Shown: positions 11,633-26,364, counted from the first letter of the stretch. The stretch is DNA of 64,000 bases from Batkoa obscura (GCA_030770535.1 JASVEC010000017.1:1-64000); one strand, 5' to 3'. Numbers and translations: made by a program. Notes: a model not told the origin generated them from the letters alone.

Positions 11633-14600
11633 TTATTTCTTAGATGCTTGCATAGAATTAAATGGTGAAGTATATTTATTGGTGTTAGCAAGCGCTTGTA
11701 AATCTGATTTTACTAGGTATAAAATAAAAGTGATTAAACTATTAATATTAATAACTAACTAAAAATACCTTTCATAAAATGATGAGATTTAGAAGGGGTG
11801 ATTTTTATAGGACTATAGAAATAGATAAATAATATATATTACAATAATTATATAAACTTACTTTGAAGTTGAAAACGGATCTTTTCCTAATGCATTAATA
11901 ATTTCTTGACGAGAATTGATAAGAATGTTTAAAAATAAATCTCCATATTTTTTTATCATTGAGTTGGGGGCTTTGGTGACTTCTGCTAACTCATCAATAC
12001 CTAACACTAATTAAAATAACTCAAAACATGAAACAAACTTACCAGTTGGCATATAGTTACACTAAATAATGACAAACATTAATATATTAAAAAACAGAAC
12101 ATGAAATATTACCATTTCTATTAATGCAGTATTTGTAAATATAGTCTCAGGTGTAATATTAGATTGATCGATAATCTAAAAATAGTAAACATAATAAATG
12201 ATTAAAGTAAATAAAATTACTTGATTCCTTAATGCCTTCATTTTATACAAACAATCGCCTTTTAAACTTTCACAAATACTTTTTAATGAATGATCTAGCT
12301 CATTTCCTATTTGGGTTATATTTAACCTACTCAATTTTGAGGCAGGTAGGATCATAATTGGCTCGTCGTTTTCATTGTCAACTAAATCGATCACCTGAGT
12401 TGGGTTTTTTGAAGCAAATACACTACTGCTATTACTTTTCTTTAACATTTTTGAATTGTTATTTGCTTTTGTGACTTTTGTGACTCTTGTAGTTTGTTTT
12501 TTTAATGTTTGGAACGGTTCTTTACTTTTCTATTAAATGATTAATAACTAATTCCAGATTATCATATTAAACCTTTTTTCTTATTACTTCAAATTCCATG
12601 TTTAAGGTAAGTCTATTTTCTAGCAATTCCACTGCTTTAGGAGTACACTAATAATTATTGTTATTTAAAATTATAAAATGTATGTAATATACCTTTATAT
12701 AAGTACTTGAAAATCCAGATTTATTCATTAAAGTATATTCTGATACCAAGCTTGAAGTCACTAACAAATGGAATAACCTTTCTACTTCAGTTTTAGTCAT
12801 ATGAGATCCTGCCCCATGAGTAGGGTTAGATAAATAGCCAGCTTTTTCCAATGCCTTTGACTTTGAACCTTTAAATATGTCAATACATTTGATCAAGGTA
12901 ATGTTTTTCCATTCATATGTCTTAATTAATTGAATAGCTTTCTTAGCCAAATCAGTAACATCCTTGACTATTCTCACTATATCCCTCGATTGGAAACAAT
13001 TATCGCATGTACCTTGGCATTCCTCTGAAGTAAAATTTTCACCAAAATAAGATAAAACCTGCTGCCTTCGACATTCTATTTTATTTTCACAATATTGCAA
13101 AACTCTACGTAGATTTGATCTAAGTCTTTCTTTAGAGTCATAGCTGCCTTCACTTTTATCTATCATAAAATCATGTAACTTTTTATCATTGTAATTGTAA
13201 AACAAAACACAATCCGAAGGTGCTCCATCCCTACCTGCTCTACCGGTTTCCTGATAATACCCTTCTAGCGATCCAGGAAGAGATTGATGAAGGACAAACC
13301 TCACATCGGGCTTATCAATACCCATGCCAAAAGCAATAGTAGCAACAATAATTTTGACTTTTCCATTGATGAACTCAGTTTGAATGCGATGCTTATCACC
13401 TTTATTCAATCCTGCATGGTAATATTCAACATTTAAATTAAACTTAATCCTAAGTGCCGTTGCAGTTTGCTCGCATGCTTTTCGAGTGGTTGCATAAATA
13501 ATACCAGGCTCATTGTTGTGTCTGGTTTTTATGTAATTATACATATCGTCTACAATTGTGCTCATACTTTTTGGCCTAACCTCATAGTATAAATTCCTTC
13601 GATTAAAACTTTGCGTAAATGTTAAACATCCTTCAATATTTAAATATTGGATAATATCCAACTTAACTTTAGAATTAGCTGTTGCTGTTAACGCTATGAG
13701 TGGTATATCAGGGTATTTGGACTTTAATTTGCCTAACTCTTTATAATCCGGTCTAAAATCATGACCCCACTGAGAAACGCAATGTGCTTCGTCAATCACA
13801 AACCTTGCTAATTGTTTTCTTTGGTAGAGTTTGTCTATTAATGATCTAGTCATATCACTATGACTGAGCATCTCAGGGGTAAGATAAGCTAACTTAGTAT
13901 CCGGAACTGGCTCTTCTAGCTTATTACAAAAAAAGGCGCGCTGGTTTGGAAGACATTCACCATTTAATGTGATTGTTGGGATGCCAAGCCCAAGAAGCTT
14001 TTCAATTTGATCTGTAACCAATGATAAGAGTGGTGACACAACAATAGTTACACCCTTGGTTTTTCCTGAGTTAACCACAGCAGGCAACTGATAGCATAAA
14101 GATTTACCACCGCCAGTTGGCATTAAAACGAATACATCTTTACTGGATAGAGTAGCATTAATAGCATCCAACTGGTTATGCCTAAAATTGTTTAAATTGA
14201 ATGTGTGTTTAAGTGCATCTTTGACATCTTGAGTCCATTGGAAGATTTGCTCAGGTTCATCTTCATAATCAGAACCAATATAATCATCAAATATAGTGCT
14301 TAATTGGTCGTTGTCGTTATTTTCTACTCTTTGCTGAATTTCAGCTGTGTTTTTATTATTATTTTTGGAAACATTATAACATGCCTCTCTACCACTCCTC
14401 CTATTTTCAAAATTGACGTTATTAGTATGACCTGTATCATCATTGTTTGTGTAATTATGTATATTATGGGCTCCACTTGTTCCCTTTTCATATATATTAA
14501 ATTCTGGAGTAAGCAAACTTTTATACTGAGAGACACTGTTTTTGATATTATTTACTAATAAATCAAAAGGTTGAGATTCAGAAAGATTTTGAGCTGGACA

Positions 14601-15314
14601 TTTATCACAGTTAAAGGTTGTACTATCTCCCATTCTACTCCCCTCTTTTCTTTTCTTAAAGTGTTCAATTTCCTCTGTTAAATCTTTAACTTTTTGAACC
14701 ATCGCAGCTCTTTTATTCCGTAAATCGCTATGCAACTCATTCAAGGTTTGATCTTTAATCCTTTCATCATTACAAATTATGTCACATATTTCATTACTTA
14801 CCTCGTTCCTTTTTAAAACTGTCTCGTTTAACTGTTTTTTCAATTCTTTTATCTTTTCATCAATATTTATATCTTCATCTTTTTTTGCTTGACTTGATCT
14901 ATCTCGTTCAAGTGACTTATATACTTGAAGCTCCATAAAGTTTAATTCTTTTATAGGTTTATTTATATTAAATGAGCTTGAGTTACTGCATAAGGGCTTA
15001 GGTTGATTGTTTGAATCGATTAAGCAATCTGGACCTATGGTTTTTATCATTTAATGTCGCTAAATCTTGCTTTAATAAAATTTACCTTTTAGCGATGTAA
15101 TATCGCTCTGGCTTGTCTTGTGCAACGGGAGATCAATTAACTCAGTTCTTTGTAGCTCATTTATTTCAGTTCTTGGCTTTTTTATTGTAGTATTGTTAAA
15201 ATTTTCTTGATCATCTGGTATTACCTCTTGATCATCAAGTTCTGAATCATCACTACCAAAGAATTTGGATGCTATGGCAGCATAGTTGTTTTTTATTAAG
15301 TGGTTATATTGCAT
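11633..15314 (-). CDS. SGS1: RecQ helicase Sgs1/BLM ortholog (multi-exon)
   Basis: PTGGGKS, DEAHCVSQWGHDFRPDY, YYQETGRAGRDG, RQC Zn motif (CRR...CDNC), C-terminal HRDC-like exons; first intron ~15035-15085 restores frame. Confidence 0.93.
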
Positions 15315-15785
15315 TGTCCTTCAACTCATGTATTTCTCTTATGTTACTTTATTGCTTTTTATAATAGATAGCTGTATATATAAAAACAAGGGATAGAGAT
15401 GAACGTTTTTTGTTAAATAAATTCAACAAAGTTCGATTTTTTAGTTAAGGAATTTGACTTTGCAATATTCTATATTTGGACTATTATTTTGAAGATGAAG
15501 CTTATTTGCATGTAGTGTTTAAATATTGTTAAATCTATTGGTTAATCACTTAAAATACCTATTTTTATATCAACTTCGATTTAGTATGTAATACTTTAAA
15601 AAAAAGAGCTGCTCTAAAAATAACAGTTCAAGCTTATTAAATAAATTATCTGCTTACAAAATAAACAGAATGTAAGATAACAAATTTGTCTATACTATCT
15701 AAATTCGTTTTAATTATAATTTTTTGTAAATTTTTTGTCTATAAAAAATAATTTTGCCATGGAAGGTTTGCTAACTTTAAAAGCA

Positions 15786-15901
15786 ACGCGACGCAATTAT
15801 TTCAAATGCAACTATATAATTTAAAAATAAACCCAAAATACTTCTAAATGCCATCAAATTATTGGTTAATCGTACTAATTTATGATAGGCTTTTCACGCG
15901 T
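15786..15901. promoter_or_regulatory. MCB-like elements in SGS1/CTF4 divergent promoter
   Basis: ACGCGA at 15786-15791 and ACGCGT at 15896-15901 in CG-poor DNA. Confidence 0.5.
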
Positions 15902-15969
15902 TTCAATGATTTAATATCTATCTGTCTGAATTTGAGTTAATACACTTTTTAAAATTTAAAATTTTGAAA

Positions 15970-18900
15970 ATGAGTAATATTCAAGAGCCAAATATATTTT
16001 TAGCACATTGTGATGGTCATACAGTTGTTTCTTTTTCTTCGGACGGAAAGTAAAATATAATGATTTTTTTTGAAAAAACTTTAATTATTAGATATATAAT
16101 TACTGGGGGGAGTGACAATCTAGTGCGCCGTTTTAATGCTTCAATTGATGGTCGTGATGAAGAGCCACAGACGATGCAATACCACAGCCAACCAATAAAT
16201 TCGATAATGGCTACAGTAATAGTATTAATTTTAAATAAATTATATTGATGTTTTTAGGAAGAGCAAATTATTATTGGTTCTGAGAATTGTTCAGTAACAT
16301 CCCACTGCATTACCTCATTAAATTTTTTGGAAACCTTGTCACGCTGTACTTTACCAATTAGATCATTTGATGTATTGTTATCTCAAAAAAGTGGGAAACC
16401 AGAAAGGGTTGCTATAATTTCAGAAGAGTTGAATATCAAACTGTATGATTGCGTTGATAAAAAAGTTTATTATTTAAGTGGTTTAAAACAACCAGCGAAT
16501 GCCGTTGCTTTTCACCCGAACGGAAGAATTTTGGTAATAATTTACTTTTATTAAATCAATTAATTAATCGTATGTATAGGTTGCTATAAGTAGTAATGGC
16601 ACCCTACATAAATATGATCTTTCCAATCACGTTAACAGAGATGAATCTAATTTTGAGCCTATTGTATCATTTAAAGATATTTCTTATTCAACTCTACCTA
16701 GAGATAAAAATCAATTTCGAATTAGCTACCATCCTAAAGGCACTTATTTAGCTGTGCCAGGTAAAGAAAAAGGCGTTAGATTATTAAAAGGAGATTCTTT
16801 GGTATTATATAAAGACATAGCAACTAACCAAAATAATAAAATATCTCTTTGCGGATTCTCCCCGAACGGCAAATTTGTTGCTTCAGTAGGTTTAGACAAT
16901 TATGTTACTATTTATAATTTAGAATGTGAAACACCTGAAAATATCTTTTCATACCAAAATGACACTAAAATCACTGGATTAGATTGGTCTCCTAAGGATA
17001 ATACTTTGTGTATTACTGATGATAATGGTGTTCTGAAGGTATTTGATAGTGTAATTAATACAGCTCATCTAAATAACACCAGCTGGACTATTGAAGATGA
17101 TACCAAGAATAGTATGATAGACATCTTTGATAAGGATATTCCTGATGACAAAACAATATTAATTAATGATAGTAATGATGAATATACTCAACAGATAAAA
17201 CTGGACTCGATTGATATGGGATTTCATATTAAGTCTTCTTCTAGAGGATCTGAGATCGGGGAAGGACTAGAAGAGGACTTGCAAAGCATAAGTGACCGTT
17301 CTTTTAAAAACGGCCACTATCCAAATGAAAAGATACAACTACAAAAAGCATTTTTACCTGGATCCACATCAATCGAAGGATCAGAATGTCAGTTCTTAAA
17401 CTTTAATAGCATTGGATATGTTTCAGCTTATGCCACTCATGAAAAAACCATGTATAACGTCGTATTCCATGATCAAAGTAAACTTAAAAATTACAAATTT
17501 AGCGATTACGGAAATTATACTATGGCATCTATAGGTTCAAGGGGAACATTATTTGGCTCACAAATAGATGAGGAAAATGATAAAGATGCAGTGATTTATT
17601 ACAGGCTTCATGGGAATTGGAGCACAAATGAAAGAGAATGGCGCATGATTTTAGATAAAGATGAGGATATCATTACTTTATGCGCTACTTCTTATGGACC
17701 AGTAGTTATTACAACATTAGGATACATAAGATATTTTAGTCATTCTGGGAATCAAATTGACATTGTAATTTCTTACTCTCCAACTATGTTGACGATATGT
17801 ACTGATCATCGTGACTTATTATTATTCGTTTATCATCAATCTACTGATGCCAATGATGCTAGATTAGGATACACAATTTATAACATTGAGGCCAAACAAA
17901 AATATAATGAAGGCCAAATTACTTTAGGAAGAGGAGCCTCATTAGAATGGGCTGGATTTTCTGATAAAGGAACCCCAGCATATTCTGATTCTTACGGTAC
18001 AGTATCAGTATTATTAAACTTGAATAATGATAACTCAATATGCTGGAAACCAGTTTTAAGACTTGATGTTAACACTCAATTCCCCTTTGGGTTGGATGAT
18101 CAAAACTTACATTATTTATTTATTACGCCTGGATCGTCCTGGATTATTGAACCTGAGCCCTCAATGACTCCATTTAAAATACCATTAATATCTAATACAA
18201 ACACAGAGATAAAACTAGAAGAAGAGCTATTAAATACAAAGATCAAGAAGCAACTTTATATTGATTCATTAATATATGAAGATCATAAATTGGCAGAAAT
18301 GAGTTCAAGGGAAATAGACAAATTTGAACATTCTGAAGACAAAATAATTCTAACTTTAATCGGCAGAGCGTGTAAAAACAAACAAGTTAAAATGGCAATT
18401 GAGCTTGTGTTAATGCTTAATGAGGAATATTCTTTAACTTTAGCAAAAAATATTGCAGCACGCTATGACGCTTTAGAATTAGTTAGGAGCATCCCAGAGT
18501 TAGCAAGGGTAAATGTTTTTAATCATTAAATTATAATATTTATATTCTTTCTTATAGAAAAAAGCGCTACAAAAAAAGTCAAATGATAAGCAATCTCAAG
18601 ATGATACAGTTAATGCTTTAGAATATGAGACTACTAAAAAACCTCGTGATGAATCAGCAAAGTAAAGTCATAATAATTTGCTATAATCCATAATTTAATT
18701 ATTTTTTAGATACATTAATATATCTAATAGTAAAAACAAAGTCCAATCACCTTCAGTTGTTAATAGCAAGAAGCAGATAGTTGGTAATGTATTTTTTTAT
18801 ATCTTATAATATGTAACTAATATACATATTTAGAAGAAAGCCCTTTTTCTAAATCTTATGGACTTAACCAAACAACCCCTAGGTTAAACCCACGTAAACC

Positions 18901-19131
18901 AATCATATTAAATGAGGTCGATAAGAGAAGATTCCTTGGGGAGATTGATAATGAAGGAACTACATTTGAATCTAACAATAAACGAATTAATGTAGTTCAA
19001 GCTTTGTTTTCTAAAAAGGATACAAATGAAAAAAAAGATGAAGAAAATATTGTAAGCTTTGTTAACTAATAACAAATTTTACCTAATACATATTTTAGCC
19101 AGGGTCTATTGTATTAATGTCCGATGATTAA
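15970..19131 (+). CDS. CTF4: Ctf4/Mcl1/AND-1 (WDHD1) replisome hub, WD40 + SepB domain, multi-exon
   Basis: AHCDGHT..FSSDGK|YIITGGSD WD40 start; FLPGST...FLNFNSIG, VFHD, GYIRYFSHSGNQ, LEWAGFSDKGTP..DSYG SepB-like motifs. Confidence 0.88.
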
Positions 19132-19724
19132 AGTAGCATACAATCCTTCTTTTGTAGAACTATTATGGCATTCGAATTTCTCATTATTTTTAGGTTTAAA
19201 TATGATCATAATATAAAGTATTATTATTATGTTAATTCTGAAAATATATACTTTTATCCTTAATAAAATTTTGCTCAAGTTATATATACCTATTATCTAA
19301 TAAAATTTATTAATTTAATGTAAAAATTACTACTGTCAACACAAGATTTAAAGTCATATTTAAAACTATTTGATTTTATGATAATTTAACATAATTTTGA
19401 CTTTTCAAAACTAATTTCAAATCAAATTGCTATTTAAATACTATTCTAGTATATAAATTAATGAGCTATTTGAATACCAAGATACTATTATTTAAGTTAT
19501 ATAAATAAAATTAGTATAATAAAAATTTATATGAAAAGATAGCATTAAAATGTGTAAAAGTTTAGTATGCAAATTTGAATAAATTATTAAAACGGATACC
19601 TATGAATATTAAAATAATTTTAGTTTTCAATAAAGTTACATTTAGATCCTTTTAACTTTGATAGCTAATTTCAAAAAATTTGGTTTAAAACTAGTTTTTT
19701 TGAATAGTTTATCTTTAAAATATT

Positions 19725-19819
19725 TGGGGTGTTTTTTAGTTTCATCACTTTTTCCATTTTAAATGCTATTTGAGCGGAAAAATTGTTAGTAAAATTCTTA
19801 AACAAAAAAATACATCCCC
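19725..19819. mobile_element. MITE family A
   Basis: Core match; TATT on both flanks. Confidence 0.85.
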
Positions 19820-19821
19820 TA

Positions 19822-20070
19822 TTATTTTAAATATAAAATAGGTGATTTCCTGAAATGATCAAGTCAAAAAACCAAGCATGTTTTAAGTTCATATATGAAC
19901 TTTCTAATGGTTTATTTAAAAATATTTTTTAAATTTCAATTTATAAATACCAGAGTAATAATAAGGATTGGTTTTAAATAAACATTTAGAAAGTGCAGGT
20001 TCGAACTTAAAATGCGTTTGGTTTTTTGACTTGATCAATTCAGAAAATCACCTATTTATATTTAAAATAA
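19822..20070. mobile_element. Foldback/MITE family B with ~68 bp inverted arms
   Basis: 19822-19890 is the near-perfect reverse complement of 20003-20070; probable core GGTGATTT...AAATCACC (19841-20052) flanked by TA. Confidence 0.75.
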
Positions 20071-21080
20071 TTTTTACATATACGCTTTTTATATTAAATT
20101 TAGTTAAATTGTACAAATATTTATATATTAAAGTATGCACTTCTAGTTAAAAACAAGCTTATCGAAACATTATAAACAAATCATTGGATTTGTGAATAGC
20201 TTTTTATTAATTCAATCTTTTTAAAAAATACTATTATTTACTAAATAATGTTTTCAAGCTAGTATAGCTAATTTGAAGTTAGCTTGGACATTTCAGCTTT
20301 AAGTTTTACAATGAAAATAACAATTGAACGCTTTATAATATTTAAACCTTGTTATAAACGACATGTTAATATTTTTATAAAACCTTACATTCAGATTTTA
20401 TTTGACGTGTAGACAAACACAAAAGAGCTCTTCACTGTCATAAAGAAATACTTTGGTACTCTTTATGATACTTATTCTATAATCATACTTTATCTACTAA
20501 TTTTTACCCCAAAATTTATCCAAGTGGAAGCATGATCAAAAAAACGGGAAATTTTAGTATTTCTTTAAAAAAGGAGAGTTGAAAATAATATAGTGGTTAT
20601 AATAAATTTATTATTGAGATTAATAAATAAAACATAACTTTAATATATAATTCAAGAATTTTCACTAACATTTACTTGTATCTTAAAAATAAAGTATACT
20701 TGATAGCCATTGTTTTGTTTTCCATTTTTGGAATTAAACTAAAACTATTAACAATGTTTAAAAAAGAAATGAAATTATTATGTTAATAAAATTCACCCTG
20801 AAACCCGAGCTATTAAGAATTATATTATGGTAAAAAAAGGAGCTGTTTATACCCCTCAAAGTTATGTAAAGCTAAAAATGCTTTAAAAAAAATAATTTAA
20901 AGAGTATAAATTCCTTTTTATCATATTCTATCACAGTTACTCGAACTTATTTAATATCATTTTAACGAATTCATCGCATTGTCAACTCAAGTAATAATAA
21001 TAGCAATTAATCTTTATTTAAAATCAGTGAAATACAGTTCGCTTATATTGTATTTATTTAGATTAAACTAAAAAAATTTA

Positions 21081-24000
21081 ATGTCTTTAACAGTTTTGAC
21101 TGAAAGCGTGACTCTTAGCACATCATTTAATATTAAAGGATCTTTTGAGACTTCGATTAATGGGTTTAAAAAATATCAAAAAAATGAAAATGCATCGGTA
21201 TGTTACCTTTATTATAAATTAACAGAGGGTAAAATTAATAACAAAGGTATAAATATTTTAAATTTATTGAATTTATTTATTAAATATAAACATAAATAGC
21301 GCATTATTCCTTTAAAAATAGTATTAAAAAAATAAATAATAAGCTAGACGTCTATTTAAATAGGAAAATGAACTATTTTGGAATAAAGTTGATATTTTTG
21401 AACTCTCCTGTTCCTAAGATTAAGCTAGATTTTATGATTCCATATCCCAGGTGGCTACAAACTCAATCAATTTTAAAGAGTTGGTCTACAAAAGAAATTC
21501 ATGCCTTTCAATTATTAACTGGTCTTCAATATATTCATCGACAAGGGATATTCCAAATAGGTTTAAAACTAAGCAGTATAAATCTAGTTTCTGGAAAAGA
21601 TAAGACGAACTGGAGGCTAACTATTGGGAATGGAAATAGTCCAGCCAAATTTAATAGTTATCATAGGACTTGGATATTAGCAAAAAATATATCAACCCCA
21701 AGTTGGACTCCTAAGTTATACTTTCAAAAATTTATAATTGAAGAAACATTTAAAAAGGATTTGTATGATATTGGTCAAATCTTTTATTACATTAGTTATA
21801 ATACTTTCGACAACATTGCTCGTTTATCTGCAAAACCAGTTACTAATCCTTCTCAAAATGATTCACAGACACCAAAGTTATCTTATTTATCTCCTTTTCC
21901 TATTCCTCATGCTATTCCTTATAACTATTATTTAGTAATGCGTCGCTTTTTATCCAATAATTTTGAAATAAGAGGTACTGTGCGCACAGCATTAAAAATA
22001 TTAAGTGGTAAAGCTATAAAACGAAATAAGGATAAAACAAATAAACATCTCAATAAATTGATAGCAATAAGATCACAATTAGCACCAAGTAGTATATCTA
22101 TAAACTCAAACTCAAAATCCGACTTTGCTAGAAGTATAAAATCAAAAACTGAATCTCATACTGCTTCAGAAATTGATGATCTATATCATAGAGATTCTGT
22201 ACAAGGACAGCTTTTATTAGGAAATTGTTACTATGAAGGCCTTGGTGTACAAGTGAACCATGATTTGGCAGCAGAATTTTATGAAAGTGCTGCTCATAAA
22301 GGAAGCCATGAAGCCCAATATAAGCTAGGGATATGTTATAAATACGGCCATGGTAAACCAGTAGATTATCTATTAGCAGCTTATTGGTTTGAACAAAGTG
22401 CACTTAGTGGTACAGGTCCTGCACTAACTGCGCTAGGGCTTTGTTATGAGTATGGGTATGGGAAGATACAAGACTTTGAGGTTGCATTTACATGGTATTT
22501 AAAAGCAGCAAATCAGGGAGATCCTACCGCGCAATATTATTTAGGATTCTTTTATTACAATGGACAGGGGGTTAAACAAAATTATGAATACGCTATAGGA
22601 TGGTATAATCGTGCTGCTGATCAGGGGCATTCTGGGGCACAGAATAGGCTAGGTGATTGCTTTTATTTTGGTCTTGGGATTAAGAGAAATCTAGAAAGGG
22701 CAATGTATTGGTATGAAAAAGCTGCACAGCAGGGAGATGCAGCTTCTAGTTATTCTCTTGGTCTTGGTGATGATAGTAACAATAATTCTCAAGATTATGA
22801 AAAGGCATTTCATTTCTTCAAAAAAGCTGCTGAGCGTGGTGTGGTCACATCACAAGCCAATTTAGCTGATTGTTATTACGTTGGGTTAGGCGTAAGGCAA
22901 AATTATTCCAAGGCTGTAAAATGGTATGAAAGGGCTGCAAAAAAGAATCATGCTCATTCTCAATATTCATTGGGACTATGCTATGAATCAGGGCGAGGGG
23001 TCAGTAAAGAAAACGATCGAACTTTTCAATTTCAAACTGCTGGTAATACAAAAAGGACTTTAGAAATGCTAACAGGAACAAGTACAGTCCTTTTACCAGG
23101 AATTAATAGAACTGTATCCGCAAGTAGCTCCAGCTCTAATTATAATATTTCTGGTTCGAAAGCTATTTACTGGTTTGAAAAGGCTGCCGAGCAAGGACAT
23201 ACTGGATCCCAAGCTAAGCTAGGTGATTGTTATTATTATGGCATGGGAACAAGAGCAGATCCACGTAAAGCATATTTTTGGTACAAAAAAGCAGCAGGGC
23301 AGCGCCATTTAATGGCTCAATTTAACTTGGGTAGGTGTTACGAGCTTGGTGTAGGTGTTAAGACTGATCTTGAAAAAGCTGTTTCATGCTATCGAAAATC
23401 AGCAGATCAAGGCTCATCCTTGGCTCGTAATAAATTAGGTGATTGCTATTATAATGGGCTAGGAGTAAAGCTAAACTATGAAAAAGCAATTACTTGGTAT
23501 GTCAAAGCAGCAGAACAAGGCAGTATAGAATCTCAAGCGTCCCTTGGCTTTTGTCATTATAATGGCCATGGTACAAGGCAAAGTTACCCAAAAGCAGTTG
23601 AATGGTTTGAAAAAGCTGCTATTCATCGAGATCCCTCAGCACAAAATAAATTAGGTGACTGCTACTATTTTGGACTGGGAGTTAAACAAAGCTATTTGGA
23701 GGCTGTTGCATGGTATCAGAAAGCTGCTGAGCAAGGATATTCAACTGCCCAATATAATTTAGGGTACTCTTATTATAATGGACGTGGCGTAGAAAAAGAT
23801 TGGGAATTAGCTGTTGAGTGGTATGAAAAGGCTGCAGACCAAAACCATACATCAGCACAAAAAAATCTCGGGGCTTGCTGTGAAATCGGTAGAGGTACTG
23901 AGCGTGATCCAAGCCGAGCTTTTTATTGGTATAATCGAGCAGCTGAACTCAAACTCCCAGATGCCCTTTACCATGTTGGTAGATGCTATGAAAATGCCAT

Positions 24001-25489
24001 TGGCGTTTTAAAATGTGATCTTGAAAAGGCTTTTAATAGTTATAAAGCAGCTTCTGACTCTAATCATGGCGAAGCAATGACAAGTATTGGTAGATTCTAT
24101 GAAAACGGTATTGTAGTCAAAAAATCGTCGGAAAAAGCTGTATCTTATTACAAAAAGGCTTCTGAGCAAGGGTTTGCTGAGGCACAAACTCTTTTAGGAG
24201 ATTGTTATTATCGTGGAGTAGGCTGTAGACAAGATTATACTAAAGCAATTGGGTTTTTTAATAGAGCTGCTGGTCAAAACTATGCACCAGCGCAATATCA
24301 TTTAGGTTTATCATATTTAGAAGGAAAAGTTACTAAAGTTGACCATAAAAAAGCTTTTTGCTGGTTTGAGATGGCAGCTAATCAAGGTCATCCAGAAAGT
24401 CAGATTGAGTTGGGTCATTGTTATTTAGACGGCAAAGGAGTAAAGTCAAATCCTTCCACTGCTGTTAGGTGGTATACTAGAGCAGCACAGTCAAAAAATG
24501 CTGAAGCACAAAATCAGCTAGGTATTTGCTACTATCTAGGCCGAGGCTTGCCTCAAAGTTATGAGTTAGCCATGGATTGGTATCTTAAAGCAGCAGAATT
24601 AGGCCATGCTGGTGCTCAAAATAAATTGGGGGATTTATATTGCTTTGGATTAGGTACAGAACAAAGTTTACAAAATGCAATGGAGTGGTATTTGAAATCA
24701 GGAAAACAAGGTCATACCGAGGCAGAATATAATTTAGGATATTGCTTCTATATCTTGAAGCAATATGAAAATGCTGTAGCATGGTTTGAAAGAGCCGGTT
24801 CAAAGGGACACAATATTGCACAAAACTATTTAGGTACATGTTATGAGAATGGACACGGTGTAAAGAAGGATTACGAAAGGGCGGTAAGCTGGTATAAAAA
24901 AGCTGCTGAACAGAATCACCCAGATTCCCAAAATTCAACAGGTTATTGTTATTACTACGGTCTTGGTGTGCGCCAAGATTTCCAAAAGGCTGTATCTTAC
25001 TACGAAAAATCTGCCCTTCAAGGGTATGCTGAAGCTCAAACAAATCTAGGAACCTGCTACTATCTTGGTTGTGGAATCGAGCACAACTATCAGAAAGCCA
25101 TGCAGTGGTTTGAGTTGGGCGCTGAGCAAGGAAATGCTGAAGCCCAAACGAATTTAGGTACTTGCTATTTTTTTGGTCACGGAACACAACAGGATTATGA
25201 AAAAGCTGCATATTGGTATTCTAAAGCAGCAGAGCAAGGAAATGCAAATGGCCAAACTTCTTTAGGTATATGCTATTTTAATGGACTTGGATGTGCTCAA
25301 GATTACTCCAAAGCTGTCCAGTGGTACACTAAAGCCGCAGATCAAGGGGTTGCAGATGCACAACATCGATTGGCGGAATGTTACTCTGAGGGAAATGGAG
25401 TTGAAGTAAACCCCTTAATGTCGGAATATTGGTTCCAAAAAGCAGCAGAAAATGGTGGCGCTGATCCCAAAAAGTGTACTGTAATGTAA
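21081..25489 (+). CDS. Pseudokinase-like N-terminus + ~29 SEL1 repeats + C-terminal CaaX box
   Basis: 36-aa repeats AQxxLGxCYxxGxGVxxDxxKAxxWYxKAAxQG; ends KKCTVM; intron ~21247-21299 joins the 21081 ORF in frame. Confidence 0.9.
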
Positions 25490-26329
25490 TCTACTTTAAT
25501 ATTAATAATTATACATACTCAAATTTAATTGACAATTTATACTTAATATTTTAATTTGAAATAAATAAATACCAATAAAAAGTATTTAGTTTTTTGAAAA
25601 ATAGAGTTTGGATTTTTTTTTAAATCTAAAAGAATTGATTTACAATATACAAAAACGTAAATGGTTTTGTGTGTCCTCATAAATTAATATTCATGTAGTT
25701 TGAAAATAGTACATTGTTGTACTGGCAATACTCACATAAATCCTAATCACTTATAACAAAAGTAAATTAGAGACAATGAAGCATTTTAAAGGTTATGTTA
25801 AAATATTAATCTTATTGGTATAAGGATACTACTTTAAGAATACTCCTTGAAGTTTGAGTCTATTTCTATCATTACTGAGTACGAAATGATGCATTCAGAG
25901 TTCAGTATATAAATATAGGTCAAGCATTATTATTATGTTTGATAAATATTTAATTATAAAAAATTTACATAAAATACCATAATTTTAATATATGGGGGGA
26001 TATCCGAATTGGCTTCATTTTTTTATCTAATTTTTAAATATTTTATATTCCAAAAACTTTGCTTAAAATTCTATAAAAATAAATTCTTTATTAAAGACCA
26101 AAAGTACCCAATACAGTTTTAAATTATTTTATTATAATTTATATTATAAGTTAATAGAATTCCTATTAAATTTAATACAAATTCCCGGATTAGCAAGGCT
26201 TTTACCAATATAAGTTATATATTGATATTAATTAAAGTTGTAGCATATAAATAAATGCATATTCTTATAAAAACTCATTGAGAAATATTTATTATTAACT
26301 GCTTTATAGTCAACATCACAGATTTGCTA

Positions 26330-26330
<1 letters not shown>

Positions 26331-26364
<34 letters not shown>
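26331..26364. repeat. (AAAT)n microsatellite
   Basis: About 8 tandem TAAA units. Confidence 0.85.

Noticed and set aside
15060..15085. 26-nt micro-intron in SGS1
   Set aside because: That acceptor gives a frameshift; the ~51-nt intron keeps the frame.
11633..15314. Telomere-linked RecQ helicase (TLH)
   Set aside because: It has introns, RQC/HRDC regions and canonical Sgs1/BLM motifs and is paired with CTF4; it looks like the housekeeping ortholog.
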